The translations under genes and the position numbers were made by a program. Below are positions 9,804-20,384 of a stretch of 52,401 nucleotides of DNA, one piece after another. The stretch comes from Archaeoglobus sp. JdFR-37 (GTDB lineage: Archaea > Halobacteriota > Archaeoglobi > Archaeoglobales > Archaeoglobaceae), in assembly GCA_002010215.1 (NCBI GenBank), contig MTMY01000001.1:1-52401 (forward strand), in the 5' to 3' direction. Numbering within the stretch: position 1 is the first letter of the stretch; every line of letters starts with the position of its first letter. The notes under the pieces are model-generated. The model had not been told where the DNA came from, made no database searches, and was given only the letters and a program-made list of their open reading frames with translations.

Positions 9804-10845
9804 TCTCCTTTATCAAAACTTTCAAAATCTGCTCTACAGCAGTATGGGGGTCGATCTCATTATTAATTACCCTATCTACCATCTCCCTAAAGCCCAGAGA
9901 TTCATCGGTTGCGAGTCTTTCTTTAATTTCATCCATAATCAGGTCAAAGAGCTCTCTGCTAAGCCTCCTAGCTCTTCTCTCCTTCAAAAGCCCTGATTCT
10001 TCCATGAAGCGTTTATGTTCCTCAATAGCGTTGGCAAGCTCTTCTATTCCCTCTCCTCTGTCTGCAATGGTCTTTATAACTGGTGGAATCCACCCTTTGC
10101 CCTTCTTCATCCTAGCGAAAATTTCACCGCTTTCCACTGCTGCCTCATCAGCGTGAGTGGTTTTGGAGAGGATTTCCACTGCTTCCTGATCCATCATAAG
10201 CATTGCCTTGAGCCACTTCTCAGTTTTCTCCGCCCCTCCAAGATCTGCTTTGTTGACAACGTAAATATCACCTATCTCCAGTATCCCTGCCTTGTTTATC
10301 TGTATGTCATCACCCATTTCAGGCATCAGCACAACTATGGCGGTGTCGGCAACCTCTATGATGTCTACCTCACTCTGCCCCGCACCTACAGTCTCCACCA
10401 TTATCACATCAAAACCAAAAGCATCCATCAACCTGACAACATCCCCTGTTTTCGCTGCCAAGCCGCCAGCTTTTCCACGAGAGCTCATGCTCCTGAAGAA
10501 GACCCCCGGGTCAAGCCAGAGCTGTCTGTTAGTATCTAACCCATCCATTCGAAGCCTGTCTCCAAGGAGAGCACCACCAGTGAAGGGTGAGCCCGGATCA
10601 ACAGCCACTATTCCGACTTTTTTTCCTCTTTTCCTGAACTCTTGGGTGAGCTTACTGACCGTGGTTGATTTACCAACACCGGGAAAACCCGTTATCCCGA
10701 CAACATGGGCTCTGCCAGTATGTTTGTAGATACGTTTCATCACTTCCTTCCCTTCCGGGAAGTCGTTTTCAACGTAGGTTATCCCTCTGGCCAGAGCTCT
10801 CTTGTTTCCGAGGAGAATTCCCTCAACTATTTCCTCAACTTCCAT
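9793..10845 (-). CDS. meaB: MeaB/ArgK-family GTPase chaperone of the B12 mutase
   Basis: [41 protein letters not shown]. Confidence 0.93.
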   Translation of the reverse strand: MEVEEIVEGILLGNKRALARGITYVENDFPEGKEVMKRIYKHTGRAHVVGITGFPGVGKSTTVSKLTQEFRKRGKKVGIVAVDPGSPFTGGALLGDRLRMDGLDTNRQLWLDPGVFFRSMSSRGKAGGLAAKTGDVVRLMDAFGFDVIMVETVGAGQSEVDIIEVADTAIVVLMPEMGDDIQINKAGILEIGDIYVVNKADLGGAEKTEKWLKAMLMMDQEAVEILSKTTHADEAAVESGEIFARMKKGKGWIPPVIKTIADRGEGIEELANAIEEHKRFMEESGLLKERRARRLSRELFDLIMDEIKERLATDESLGFREMVDRVINNEIDPHTAVEQILKVLIKENGV

Positions 10846-10848
10846 ATT

Positions 10849-11286
10849 TCATGCCACCGCTTTCTTTTTCCTTGCCTGCTCTTTTTTCTTCGGAACCATT
10901 TCTTTTATGAAATCGATTATTTCGCTAATTGGCGTGCCAGGAATAAATACTCCATCCACACCCATCGCCTTAAGATCGTCAAATTCATCCTCGGGAATTA
11001 TTCCGCCAACCAAGATTACAATTTCATCAGGATCTCCACCATATTCCCGAATGTAGTTTATTACTTTTGGAACCAGCGCCATGTGAGCTCCGCTGTGAAG
11101 AGAAATACCGACAACATCAACATCTTCCTGTACAGCTGCCATAGCCACTTCCTGAGGCGTGCGGTGAAGTCCAGTGTAGATTACCTCGAATCCGGCATCT
11201 CTCAGAAAGCGAGCAACAACTTTTGCTCCCCTATCATGCCCGTCCAAGCCGACCTTTGCAACGAGGACTCTGATTTTCTTCTCCAT
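10849..11286 (-). CDS. Acyl-CoA mutase small, cobalamin-binding subunit
   Basis: GLDGHDRGAK (DxHxxG), GGIIP. Confidence 0.93.
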   Translation of the reverse strand: MEKKIRVLVAKVGLDGHDRGAKVVARFLRDAGFEVIYTGLHRTPQEVAMAAVQEDVDVVGISLHSGAHMALVPKVINYIREYGGDPDEIVILVGGIIPEDEFDDLKAMGVDGVFIPGTPISEIIDFIKEMVPKKKEQARKKKAVA

Positions 11287-11335
11287 CTCCTCACCCCCAA
11301 AGAGCGATTAAAATTAAATTCAAATTTTACAAATT

Positions 11336-13051
11336 TTAGATTATTATGGGCTTCTTGTAAGTTCCGTAAACCTCCTTCAACACACCCATTATCTCTCCAA
11401 CCGTTGCGTAGGATTTTACAGCCCCCAGTATTGCAGGCATCACGTTCTCGTTATTCTCTGCAGCGCTCCTCAGCCAGTCTAGTGCATCTTTAACAGCTTC
11501 GTTGTCCCTCTCAGCTTTCACATTCTTAAGCCTCTCAATCTGCCTTCTCTGAACTTCAGGATCGACTTTCAGAATTGGTATCTTGAGCTTCTCCTCAATG
11601 GCAAACTTGTTTACTCCGACAATTATCTTTCTGCCTTCTTCCACATCCCTCTGGTAAGATGCAGCAGCGTTGCTTATCTCCTTGATGAAGAACCCAGTCT
11701 CTATGCCCTTGAGAACGCCTCTGAGCACGCTCCCTTCACCCATCTTCCTTATGCGCTCGATGTAGTCCCAAGCTAACTTCTCCATCTTATCTGTCAGCCA
11801 TTCTACATAGTAGCTCCCACCCAGAGGGTCTATGGTATCAGGAATTCCACTCTCATAAGCTATGATCTGCTGGGTTCTGAGCGCAACCCTCACAGCCTCC
11901 TCACTTGGCAGAGCCCAAGCTTCATCGAAGCTGTTGGTATGCAAACTTTGAGTTCCACCAAGCACCGCAGCCATTGCCTGTATCGTCGTCCTGACTATGT
12001 TGTTAAGGGGCTGTTGAGCCGTCAGACTGCAACCAGCAGTCTGTGTATGGAACTTCAGCCACCAAGAGCGGGGGTTCTTTGCTCCGTACTCATCCCTCAT
12101 TATCTTGGCCCACATCCGCCTAGCAGCCCTAAACTTGGCAATTTCCTCGAAGAAATTGTTGTGGGAGTTGAAGAAAAAGCTCAGTTGAGGGGCAAGCTTG
12201 TCGATATCTATTCCTCTCTCTATTGCAGCCTCCACATATGCCATACCGTCGGCAATGGTGAATGCCAGCTCTTGAACTGCTGTTGAACCAGCCTCTCGAA
12301 TGTGGTAGCCAGATATGCTTATGAGATTGAATTTGGGAACCTCTTCAACACCCCATTCGAATATATCAGTTATTATCTTCACAGAGGGTTCTGGTGGAAG
12401 GATGAGAGTATTCTGAGCATGGAACTCCTTCAGCATGTCGTTCTGTATGGTGCCACGCAACTGGTTTCTCGGTACACCCTGCATATCGCCTATTGCCACA
12501 TACATGGCCAGAATTATCCCTGCTGGCGGATTGATGGTGAACGATGTGGAAACTTTATCGAGAGGTATGCCATCAAACAGTATTTCAAAGTCCTTTAATG
12601 TATCAACAGCTACACCTACTTTCCCTACCTCGCCATCAGCAAGCGGATCGTCGCTGTCCAGTCCCATAAGCGTTGGAAAATCGAAAGCTGTGCTCAGTCC
12701 GGTCTGCCCCTCCTTCAGGAGCATCTTCCATCTTGCATTTGTATCCTCTGCTGTGCCAAAGCCCGAGAACTGCCTCATCGTCCAAAGCCTGCCGCGATAC
12801 ATAGTGGGATATACGCCTCTGGTGTAGGGGTACTCTCCTGGATAGCTCAGGTCTTTAAGATAATCCAGATGGGCTACATCTGTGGGGTCGTATATCCTTT
12901 TTACCTCAATCCCGCTCAGAGTCTCAAACCTTTCCTGCCTCTCCTTACTCCTCTCTACGTAAGGCTGGAGACAAGTCTTCTCCCACTCTTCCCTTTTCCT
13001 TCTTATTTCTTCAAGACTCCTCTCATCCAACATGAGCATCACCTGACGCAT
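11336..13051 (-). CDS. B12-dependent acyl-CoA mutase large subunit (MCM family; residues suggest isobutyryl-CoA mutase)
   Basis: PYTRG, WTMRQFSGFG, SISGYHIREAG, GGTQSLHTN. Confidence 0.92.
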   Translation of the reverse strand: MRQVMLMLDERSLEEIRRKREEWEKTCLQPYVERSKERQERFETLSGIEVKRIYDPTDVAHLDYLKDLSYPGEYPYTRGVYPTMYRGRLWTMRQFSGFGTAEDTNARWKMLLKEGQTGLSTAFDFPTLMGLDSDDPLADGEVGKVGVAVDTLKDFEILFDGIPLDKVSTSFTINPPAGIILAMYVAIGDMQGVPRNQLRGTIQNDMLKEFHAQNTLILPPEPSVKIITDIFEWGVEEVPKFNLISISGYHIREAGSTAVQELAFTIADGMAYVEAAIERGIDIDKLAPQLSFFFNSHNNFFEEIAKFRAARRMWAKIMRDEYGAKNPRSWWLKFHTQTAGCSLTAQQPLNNIVRTTIQAMAAVLGGTQSLHTNSFDEAWALPSEEAVRVALRTQQIIAYESGIPDTIDPLGGSYYVEWLTDKMEKLAWDYIERIRKMGEGSVLRGVLKGIETGFFIKEISNAAASYQRDVEEGRKIIVGVNKFAIEEKLKIPILKVDPEVQRRQIERLKNVKAERDNEAVKDALDWLRSAAENNENVMPAILGAVKSYATVGEIMGVLKEVYGTYKKPIII

Positions 13052-13148
13052 TCAACATAATTTTCACCATTTCAACACTCAATTTTAACATATTAAACGG
13101 GAAAGATTTTTAAGTTTCTGGGATATTACTGACTTCGGATCTTTGTCT

Positions 13149-14312
13149 TCAGAACTTCCCAAGGATTCCCCTAGCAATTGTATTGAGCTGAACTTCCTTG
13201 GTGCCTTCATATATTTCCGTTATCTTGGCATCTCTGTAGAAGCGCTCCACGTCATATTCTGAGATGTATCCATAGCCGCCATGCATCTGTATTGCTTCGT
13301 CGCACATTTTCACAGCAAACTTTCCAGCATAGTATTTGGCGATGGCAGTTAGAGTTGCATCGGGGTTCCCAGAGGCAGCTTTCCATGCCGCATTGTACAC
13401 TAGGAGCCTTGCAGCTTCAAGCTGCGACTTCAGATCAGCAAGTCTGTGCTGCAGGCTCTGAAAAGCACCTATTGGCTGTCCGAACTGCTTTCTCTGCTTT
13501 ACGTAATTCAACGTCCTATCAAAGGCTCCTTGTGCAATGCCTAACGCCTGGGCAGCTATCTCAATTCTGCTCTCGTTAAAAAACTCAAGAACCTGATAGA
13601 AGCCCCGATTAAGGGTACCAATTACATCTTCTTCACCAACCCTCACGTCCTTGAAGCTCACTTCAGCAGTTGGAGAGCTCCTAATTCCGAATTTGCCTCC
13701 AATTTTTGTTGTTTTGAGTCCCTCAGCATCTTTTCTGACCAGAAACGTAGTAAATCCTCTATACCTAGGCTGGGCATCGGGATCAGTTACGGCGAGAACA
13801 ATGAAGTAGTCAGCAATGGTACCGTTGGTTATGAATGTCTTCGCTCCATTTATGACCCACTCATCTCCATCCTTCTCTGCCCTTGTTTTTATAGCTGTGA
13901 GATCACTTCCTGCTTCAGGCTCTGTATAGCAGCCCGCAGTGATTGCCTTGCCCCCTGCAATCTTTGGCAGAACTTCCTCTTTCTGCTCCTGGCTCCCAAA
14001 TTTCAGAACAACCTCAGATGAGAAATCAGAAAGTATAATGGCGCTTCCAATGGTGCTATCAGCCCTGCAAAATTCTTCTACAATCAGTATGTTCTCAAAA
14101 ACGGTCATCCCTGCTCCGCCATATTCCTCTGGATAATGAACACCGATGAATCCAAGTTCGCAAGCTTTCTTCCAGAGATCGAAGGGAAACTCCTCCTTTT
14201 CGTCAACCTCCCTTGCCCTTTCCGGTGTGAACTCATTTACGGCAAATTCTCTCGCAGCTCTTTGAATATCCTTCTGATCCTGACTTAGCTCAAAATTGAC
14301 CAAATTTAACAC
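13149..14312 (-). CDS. Acyl-CoA dehydrogenase
   Basis: TEPEAGSD, NGAKTFITNG, RKQFG, QMHGGYGY, IYEGT. Confidence 0.95.
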   Translation of the reverse strand: MLNLVNFELSQDQKDIQRAAREFAVNEFTPERAREVDEKEEFPFDLWKKACELGFIGVHYPEEYGGAGMTVFENILIVEEFCRADSTIGSAIILSDFSSEVVLKFGSQEQKEEVLPKIAGGKAITAGCYTEPEAGSDLTAIKTRAEKDGDEWVINGAKTFITNGTIADYFIVLAVTDPDAQPRYRGFTTFLVRKDAEGLKTTKIGGKFGIRSSPTAEVSFKDVRVGEEDVIGTLNRGFYQVLEFFNESRIEIAAQALGIAQGAFDRTLNYVKQRKQFGQPIGAFQSLQHRLADLKSQLEAARLLVYNAAWKAASGNPDATLTAIAKYYAGKFAVKMCDEAIQMHGGYGYISEYDVERFYRDAKITEIYEGTKEVQLNTIARGILGKF

Positions 14313-14458
14313 CTCCGAGGTTTGTCATTACTGATTGTAGCAATACATAAATGCTTTTCGAAAAATATTGGGTTTTTCAATGCTTAATCGTTATATAATT
14401 CAGGTATTGACGTCTAAATTGGCCAAATCCACCAATTTGGCTACCTCCTATCCGAATC

Positions 14459-15100
14459 CTATTTCTCCTTACGCTTGAGAACAGGGTCTTTTGAGGAGAA
14501 ATCTACATAGAACCCAAGAGATGTCAAAAGTTGGTAAGAGTGTTTACCTTCGCCATGAAGCATGAGCTCAAGTACGTCTGAAGGCTCATCAACATCCACA
14601 CTGGCAAAGAAGGAATCAAACAGAACAAAATTCAGACCTTTAGACTCAGCAGTTTTTCTGTGCCTGAAAAAGCTCCCGAAATGATATGACACCCTGAAAT
14701 TCGGGTTTCTTACCAGCAACATATTGGTTCCGCCTTTCCTGCCTGGAGCTGCTACCACATCCCCGTTTATGCTGAAAAATTCCTCAACAATATCTTTGTT
14801 AAGTAAGGGTAGGTCAGACATGACAATAGCAAGCTCTTCCCCTTCAGCTCTGTCAGCTATGGCAGCATTTATACACTCATCCAGAGTCCTGCCATCCACA
14901 ACGATCTCGCCTCGAAACCACTCCCTCTGAAAAGGTTCAGGGGTAACAATAAAAACGTTTCTGGCTTCACCAATTCCCTCAACTGCCTCATAAACGTCCC
15001 TAAGCATGGTTTCTGCCAGCAGAATCCTTTCATTTGGACTCATGATGGATGAAAGTCTTGATTTTGGATTAGATGGTTTGAAAGGTATTATGATGTCCAT
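14459..15100 (-). CDS. cofC: 2-phospho-L-lactate/PEP guanylyltransferase (F420 biosynthesis)
   Basis: MDIIIPFK...KSRLS, MSDLPLL, GGTN, GSFFRH, DVDEPSD; start moved to MDIII. Confidence 0.88.
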   Translation of the reverse strand: MDIIIPFKPSNPKSRLSSIMSPNERILLAETMLRDVYEAVEGIGEARNVFIVTPEPFQREWFRGEIVVDGRTLDECINAAIADRAEGEELAIVMSDLPLLNKDIVEEFFSINGDVVAAPGRKGGTNMLLVRNPNFRVSYHFGSFFRHRKTAESKGLNFVLFDSFFASVDVDEPSDVLELMLHGEGKHSYQLLTSLGFYVDFSSKDPVLKRKEK

Positions 15101-15186
15101 GGCCGCTGTCGGAATCAAGAGCAAAAAAGCATTGCCCTTGCGTCTCCCTTCGACAAACTTATATTTCATATTTTGAAGTTGGAGGT

Positions 15187-15456
15187 ATGAATGACTTAAT
15201 CTGCAAATTTGCAGTCAGGGAAGGCAAGAGGTTCGGAGAAACAATAGATGTTTACAATGGTCACATTATCGTTAAGGTCAGCAGCGATTTTATCGGCATT
15301 CCGCTGGAAAGGGTGGAAAAAATTGCAGATGATGAAGTACACTTTCAGGATTTCAATGAAAGCGAAGCAAAACAAATTGGGCTTGCATGGATTGAAGAGA
15401 AATCAAAGCCAGTAAGCATTGAGGAGCTGAAATCCTACGGTTTTGGAGAGGAGTAA
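15187..15456 (+). CDS. Small hypothetical protein, possible PRC-barrel-like fold
   Basis: 89-aa ORF with GGAGGT RBS, co-oriented with pth2. Confidence 0.6.
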   Translation: MNDLICKFAVREGKRFGETIDVYNGHIIVKVSSDFIGIPLERVEKIADDEVHFQDFNESEAKQIGLAWIEEKSKPVSIEELKSYGFGEE

Positions 15457-15468
15457 AAATTAAACGGG

Positions 15469-15822
15469 ATGGAGATGGAGTACAAGCAGGTCATTGTTGT
15501 AAGGGATGATCTCAAGCTTTCAAGGGGCAAGCTTGCGGTTCAGGTTGCTCATGCTGCTATTCTTGGGTATGAGAGATGTGATGACAAAATACGGGAGATG
15601 TGGAGGTTAACCGGTCAGAAGAAGATTGTGGTGAAGGTACCGGACCTCAAAACCCTTATGGAAGTGAAGGAAAAGGCAGAAGAGGCGAATCTGACCGTTG
15701 CGGTTGTGAGAGATGCTGGCTTAACTGAAGTGCCACCTGGCACGATTACGGCTGTAGTCATCGGCCCAGATGAGGAAAGGAAGGTAGACAAGGTAACTGG
15801 AAATCTGCCTCTTCTGAAATAA
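15469..15822 (+). CDS. pth2: Peptidyl-tRNA hydrolase Pth2
   Basis: KQVIVVRDDLKLSRGKLAVQVAHA, GQKKIV, DAGLTE. Confidence 0.95.
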   Translation: MEMEYKQVIVVRDDLKLSRGKLAVQVAHAAILGYERCDDKIREMWRLTGQKKIVVKVPDLKTLMEVKEKAEEANLTVAVVRDAGLTEVPPGTITAVVIGPDEERKVDKVTGNLPLLK

Positions 15823-15917
15823 TATTGATGAGATATTGATGAATTCTCCATCAGACTAAAGGATACTTTTTAATTCCCTCCAATTCAAATTGAATAAAAC
15901 GACCGGGAGCTGAAATT

Positions 15918-16907
15918 ATGAAAAAAATAACTTACGCTGATGCAGGTGTTGACATAAAGAAGGAAGAAAAGGCAGTAAAAAGCCTAGTTTCATCCCTCAA
16001 TTTCGTAAGAGAAGGGTTGGGTAAGCCTATCCTCACAAACCATTTTGCAAGCGTCATTGATCTCGGCAACATCGCCCTTGCAATAACCACCGACGGTGTT
16101 GGCACCAAAATCAAGGTGGCAGAAATAATGGGGAATTTCAAGACGATAGGAATAGACTGCGTTGCCATGAACGTTAACGACCTGATGGCTATAGGGGCTG
16201 AGCCTATCGCCATGGTAGACTACATCGCCACAAATAAGCCTAATGAGAGGATCATGGCAGAGATTGGTCGGGGGCTGAATGAGGGCTGCAAGATCGCCAA
16301 TATGAGTCTTGTGGGTGGTGAGACTGCAACCCTCGACATTGTCAATGGCTGGGATTTGTCGGGGACGGCTGTCGGCATCGTTGAGAGAGATAAAATGATC
16401 ACTGGTGAGAGAATTCAGACAGGAGACGTCATATACGCAATACCCAGCAGTGGAATACACAGCAATGGCTTGACGCTTGCAAGGAAGCTCATTGAGGAGA
16501 ACGGATATAGCTATACAGATAAATTTGGTGATAAAACAATTGGAGATGTGCTGTTGACCCCTACAAGAATCTACGTTGAGGTTCTTAAAATCATTAAAAG
16601 CCGAGAAGTTCACGGCATGGCGCACATCACCGGTGGTGGCCTCCTGAACCTCAAGAGGCTGAAAGAAGACGTGAGATTTGTAATAGACAAACCCCTCGAG
16701 CCTCACAAAATCTTCAAGTTCCTTCAGAAGCTCGGGGATTTGGATGAGAAGGAGATGTACAGGACATTCAATATGGGCATGGGTTTCATGATAATACTGC
16801 CAGAGGAAGAAGCAATGGAGCTTAAGAAAAGATACGAAGGAAATATAGTTGGATACGTTGAAGATGGTAAAGGAGTTTTTCTCAAGGATTTGAGGATGGA
16901 CGAGTGA
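15918..16907 (+). CDS. purM: Phosphoribosylformylglycinamidine cyclo-ligase
   Basis: [41 protein letters not shown]. Confidence 0.97.
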   Translation: MKKITYADAGVDIKKEEKAVKSLVSSLNFVREGLGKPILTNHFASVIDLGNIALAITTDGVGTKIKVAEIMGNFKTIGIDCVAMNVNDLMAIGAEPIAMVDYIATNKPNERIMAEIGRGLNEGCKIANMSLVGGETATLDIVNGWDLSGTAVGIVERDKMITGERIQTGDVIYAIPSSGIHSNGLTLARKLIEENGYSYTDKFGDKTIGDVLLTPTRIYVEVLKIIKSREVHGMAHITGGGLLNLKRLKEDVRFVIDKPLEPHKIFKFLQKLGDLDEKEMYRTFNMGMGFMIILPEEEAMELKKRYEGNIVGYVEDGKGVFLKDLRMDE

Positions 16908-16983
16908 ATATTAGATTACTGGAAATCCTTAATTCGTGCAAGTTACTCAACTTATTTTGCAATTTCTTACAATTTTACAGAAT

Positions 16984-16998
16984 TTTACAATTTGTCAA
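16984..16998 (+). promoter_or_regulatory. CopR-type palindromic box upstream of a TATA-like element
   Basis: TTTACAATTTGTCAA fits TTNNCAWWWTGNNAA (Thermococcales CopR motif, from memory); a related site is at 17791-17805 before copA. Confidence 0.6.
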
Positions 16999-17036
16999 AA
17001 ATTAACTATATTAATACCCTATCCTAAAAAGCAACC

Positions 17037-17102
17037 ATGAAAGTCGTGAAGGTTAGAAAAGTCAAAAAGGGAATCTGTAAATGTCACACATCTTGTAATT
17101 AA
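17037..17102 (+). CDS. Putative 21-aa Cys/His-rich micropeptide
   Basis: MKVVKVRKVKKGICKCHTSCN*; TATA-like TATATTAA ~25 nt upstream; T-tract downstream. Confidence 0.5.
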   Translation: MKVVKVRKVKKGICKCHTSCN

Positions 17103-17157
17103 ATTTTTTATTTTTTATTGAATTTATAATTATGTTTAACAATAATTAAACCTTCGA

Positions 17158-17733
17158 CTAACCCTCCTCCAAAGTCTTAAATTCGTCAAAGCAGGTTCCA
17201 CAACAGAAGAAATAGACTTTATTGTGATATTTATACACAATAGGCTCCTCTGCCAGATCTTTTCCACAGTAATCACACTTGAACGGGATTTTCATCCTTA
17301 TCTGAATTTCCTTCTCACGCTTTTCCAACACCGGCATTATCTCCAGAACATCCAGACCACTTCTGTCAATGACTCTCCTCAGCTCATCTAGCCTATCCAC
17401 GAGCACTTTTATCACGTACTTTTTACTTGTAATCTTATTGATTTCCACAATCTCATCAATTTCTTCAAAAATTTCTGGATTACCGGTCTCCACAATTAAA
17501 ATCACAAGGCTTCCAGATTTCTCAATATCAGGGGACAATTTAATAGTATATTTCTGGATGATTCCTTCTTTTTCCAGCCTCTCAAGCCTCGATTTAACTG
17601 TGGGCCTGCTCAAACCAAGAAGCTTGGCCAACTCTGAAATACTTAATCGGGCATCATCTCTGAGAAGATTTATCAATTTTAGGTCGTGCTCATCGAGTTT
17701 TATCATTTCAATCTCCTCCACTTGTCCCTTCAT
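17158..17733 (-). CDS. copR: Copper-responsive regulator CopR/CopT (Lrp-type HTH plus TRASH domain)
   Basis: HTH DARLSISELAKLLGLSRPTV; TRASH CDYCG...YFFCCGTC; divergent from copA. Confidence 0.88.
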   Translation of the reverse strand: MKGQVEEIEMIKLDEHDLKLINLLRDDARLSISELAKLLGLSRPTVKSRLERLEKEGIIQKYTIKLSPDIEKSGSLVILIVETGNPEIFEEIDEIVEINKITSKKYVIKVLVDRLDELRRVIDRSGLDVLEIMPVLEKREKEIQIRMKIPFKCDYCGKDLAEEPIVYKYHNKVYFFCCGTCFDEFKTLEEG

Positions 17734-17790
17734 CCTGACTGTTACATGAGCGTTAAGAATGTCAAACTATAAAACTATTTATTGCCTAAT

Positions 17791-17818
17791 CTTACAATTC
17801 GCAAAAGAATAATTATAT
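17791..17818 (+). promoter_or_regulatory. copA promoter: degenerate CopR-type box plus TATA
   Basis: CTTACAATTCGCAAA followed by TTATAT at 17813-17818. Confidence 0.5.
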
Positions 17819-17861
17819 CTGGTTTTAGGCAAAATAGAAAAATAATAGCATAAAACTTGAG

Positions 17862-20297
17862 GTGAGTAAAATGAAAGAGAAAAATATCAAGATTACCGGG
17901 ATGACGTGTGCATCCTGTGTTAAAGCCATAGAGGTGGCTTTAAAAGATCTTGATGGAGTTGAAGATGTTAGCGTTAATCTTGCAACAGAATCTGCAGTCG
18001 TTAAATTCGATCCCTCTAAGGTTAGCCTTGAAGAGATAACAGAAACCATTGAAAGCATTGGCTATGGTGTGGTCAAAGAAGAAAGAACCGTAACAGTAAA
18101 AATAGGTGGAATGACCTGTGCTTCCTGTGTCAAGACAATTGAGATGGTTGTTGGTGAGCTTCCAGGGGTGAAAAGTGTAAGCGTCAATTTGGCAACAGAG
18201 ACAGCACGTATAGCCTATGACCCGGGCATCACAAGCCTGGATGACATAAAGAAGGTGATAGAAGAGGTAGGCTACCAGTTCATTGGGGTGGAAGGAGAGG
18301 AAGAAGAAGGAGAGGAGGAAGCAAGAGAAGACCATATTAGAGAAATGAAAAAGAAACTTTCATTTGCTGCTGTCGTTGGAATAGTCCTAGTCTTCCTACA
18401 GTATGGAGATTATATTGGACTACCAGTAGATGTCCCGTACAACAGCCTGATACAGTTCGTGCTTGCGACACCAGTGATGTTTTACTCAGGCAGAAGCATG
18501 TTTGCAGCCGCTGCAAGAGCGCTGAGCCATAGGATGCTTAACATGGATGTCATGTACTCCATGGGTGTCGGTTCAGCATATGTGGCAAGCGTGTTTTCAA
18601 CACTCGGCCTCCTACCAGAGGACTACCTGTTCTACGAGACTGCAGTTCTGCTTCTGGCTTTCCTGCTGCTTGGTAGAACGCTTGAAGCTATAGCGAAGGG
18701 CAGAACAAGTGAGGCAATTAAAAAGCTGATAGGTCTTCAGGCTAAAACGGCTGTTGTTATCAGAGATGGGAAAGAACTAGAGGTGCCGGTGGAAGATGTT
18801 AAAGTAGGAGACATCGTAATAGTAAAACCAGGAGAGAAGATACCCGTTGATGGTGTCGTTGTCGAGGGTGAAAGCTATGTTGACGAGTCGATGATTACTG
18901 GCGAACCCGTTCCAAACCTCAAGAAAGAGGGAGACGAGGTTGTCGGAGCCACAATCAATAAGAACAGCGTGCTGAAGATTAAGGCAACGAGAGTTGGCAG
19001 CGATACTCTCCTGGCTCAAATAATTAAGCTGGTTGAGGAGGCTATGGGAAGCAAACCACCAATTCAGAGGCTTGCCGATAAAATTGTGGCATACTTCATA
19101 CCCGTGGTTCTGACGATAGCGATAACGTCATTCGTCTACTGGTACTTCATAGCAGATGTGCCTGCCCTATTCGCCTTTACAACTCTGGTTGCTGTCTTGG
19201 TAATAGCCTGCCCCTGTGCATTTGGACTTGCAACGCCTACAGCTTTGACTGTAGGTATGGGGAAAGGGGCTGAGCTCGGGATACTGATAAAGAACGGTGA
19301 AGCTTTAGAAATAGCCAGGAAAGTTACAACAGTCATCTTCGATAAGACTGGGACACTCACAAAAGGCAAACCAGAGGTTACAGACATAATCGCCTTTGAT
19401 GGGGGCGAAACGGAGGTATTGAAGATAGCAGCCATAGCGGAGAAGAGGAGTGAACACCCTCTGGCTGAGGCTATCGTAAAGAGGGCCGAGACCGAAGGGA
19501 TCGACATTGAAGAACCAGAGAAATTCGAGGTTATAGCGGGCAAAGGAGTTGTTGCTTCTCTTAACGGTGACAGAATACTGGTTGGCAGCAGAAAGCTCAT
19601 GATGGAGAATGGGCTGGCAGTAGATGCGAAGATAGAGGAAACACTACAGAGACTTGAAAAAGAGGCAAAAACTGCAATCCTCGTTGCGTCTGATGGTAAA
19701 ATTGTTGGAGCAGTGGGAATAGCAGACACAATCAAGGAATCTGCCAAAGAAGCCATCGAAGAGCTCCACAAAATGGGCAAGAAAGTAGCGATGATAACCG
19801 GCGATAATAAAAGAACTGCAGAGGCAATAGCCAGAAAGCTTGAAATTGACACAGTTCTTGCAGAAGTTCTGCCTCATCAGAAAGCTGAGGAGGTAAAGAG
19901 GCTGCAGGAGCAAGGAGAGGTGGTGGCATTCGTTGGAGATGGGATTAACGATGCTCCAGCTCTGGCTCAAGCTGATCTCGGCATTGCCATCGGAAGCGGT
20001 ACAGATATAGCTATAGAGAGCGGAGAGATTGTCCTAATGCGGGATGACCTGAAAGATGTTGTTGCCGCGATACAGCTAAGCGAGAAGACCTTGAATAAAA
20101 TAAAGCAGAACCTGTTCTGGGCAATGATTTACAACACAATACTGATTCCAGTTGCTGCAGGACTGCTATATCCCCTCTTCGGCATCGTTTTCAGGCCAGA
20201 ATGGGCAGGAGCAGCAATGGCGCTGAGTAGTGTAAGTGTTGTGACAAACTCATTGCTGATGAAGAACTATGTGCCACCTATAAAGAGAGAGAAGTAG
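17862..20297 (+). CDS. copA: Cu(I)-exporting P1B-type ATPase with two N-terminal HMA domains
   Basis: 2x [31 protein letters not shown] and MALSS motifs. Confidence 0.95.
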   Translation: MSKMKEKNIKITGMTCASCVKAIEVALKDLDGVEDVSVNLATESAVVKFDPSKVSLEEITETIESIGYGVVKEERTVTVKIGGMTCASCVKTIEMVVGELPGVKSVSVNLATETARIAYDPGITSLDDIKKVIEEVGYQFIGVEGEEEEGEEEAREDHIREMKKKLSFAAVVGIVLVFLQYGDYIGLPVDVPYNSLIQFVLATPVMFYSGRSMFAAAARALSHRMLNMDVMYSMGVGSAYVASVFSTLGLLPEDYLFYETAVLLLAFLLLGRTLEAIAKGRTSEAIKKLIGLQAKTAVVIRDGKELEVPVEDVKVGDIVIVKPGEKIPVDGVVVEGESYVDESMITGEPVPNLKKEGDEVVGATINKNSVLKIKATRVGSDTLLAQIIKLVEEAMGSKPPIQRLADKIVAYFIPVVLTIAITSFVYWYFIADVPALFAFTTLVAVLVIACPCAFGLATPTALTVGMGKGAELGILIKNGEALEIARKVTTVIFDKTGTLTKGKPEVTDIIAFDGGETEVLKIAAIAEKRSEHPLAEAIVKRAETEGIDIEEPEKFEVIAGKGVVASLNGDRILVGSRKLMMENGLAVDAKIEETLQRLEKEAKTAILVASDGKIVGAVGIADTIKESAKEAIEELHKMGKKVAMITGDNKRTAEAIARKLEIDTVLAEVLPHQKAEEVKRLQEQGEVVAFVGDGINDAPALAQADLGIAIGSGTDIAIESGEIVLMRDDLKDVVAAIQLSEKTLNKIKQNLFWAMIYNTILIPVAAGLLYPLFGIVFRPEWAGAAMALSSVSVVTNSLLMKNYVPPIKREK

Positions 20298-20384
20298 ATC
20301 AGGAATTTCTGTTTCCTCAACTTCCTAATTTTTAATTTTGAATTAGATATAATAAATAAAGTAATTATAAAAGGAGGTAGATTT

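Noticed and set aside
15822..15845. ATATTGATGA tandem repeat after pth2
   Set aside because: Only two short AT-rich copies with no D boxes or other supporting structure
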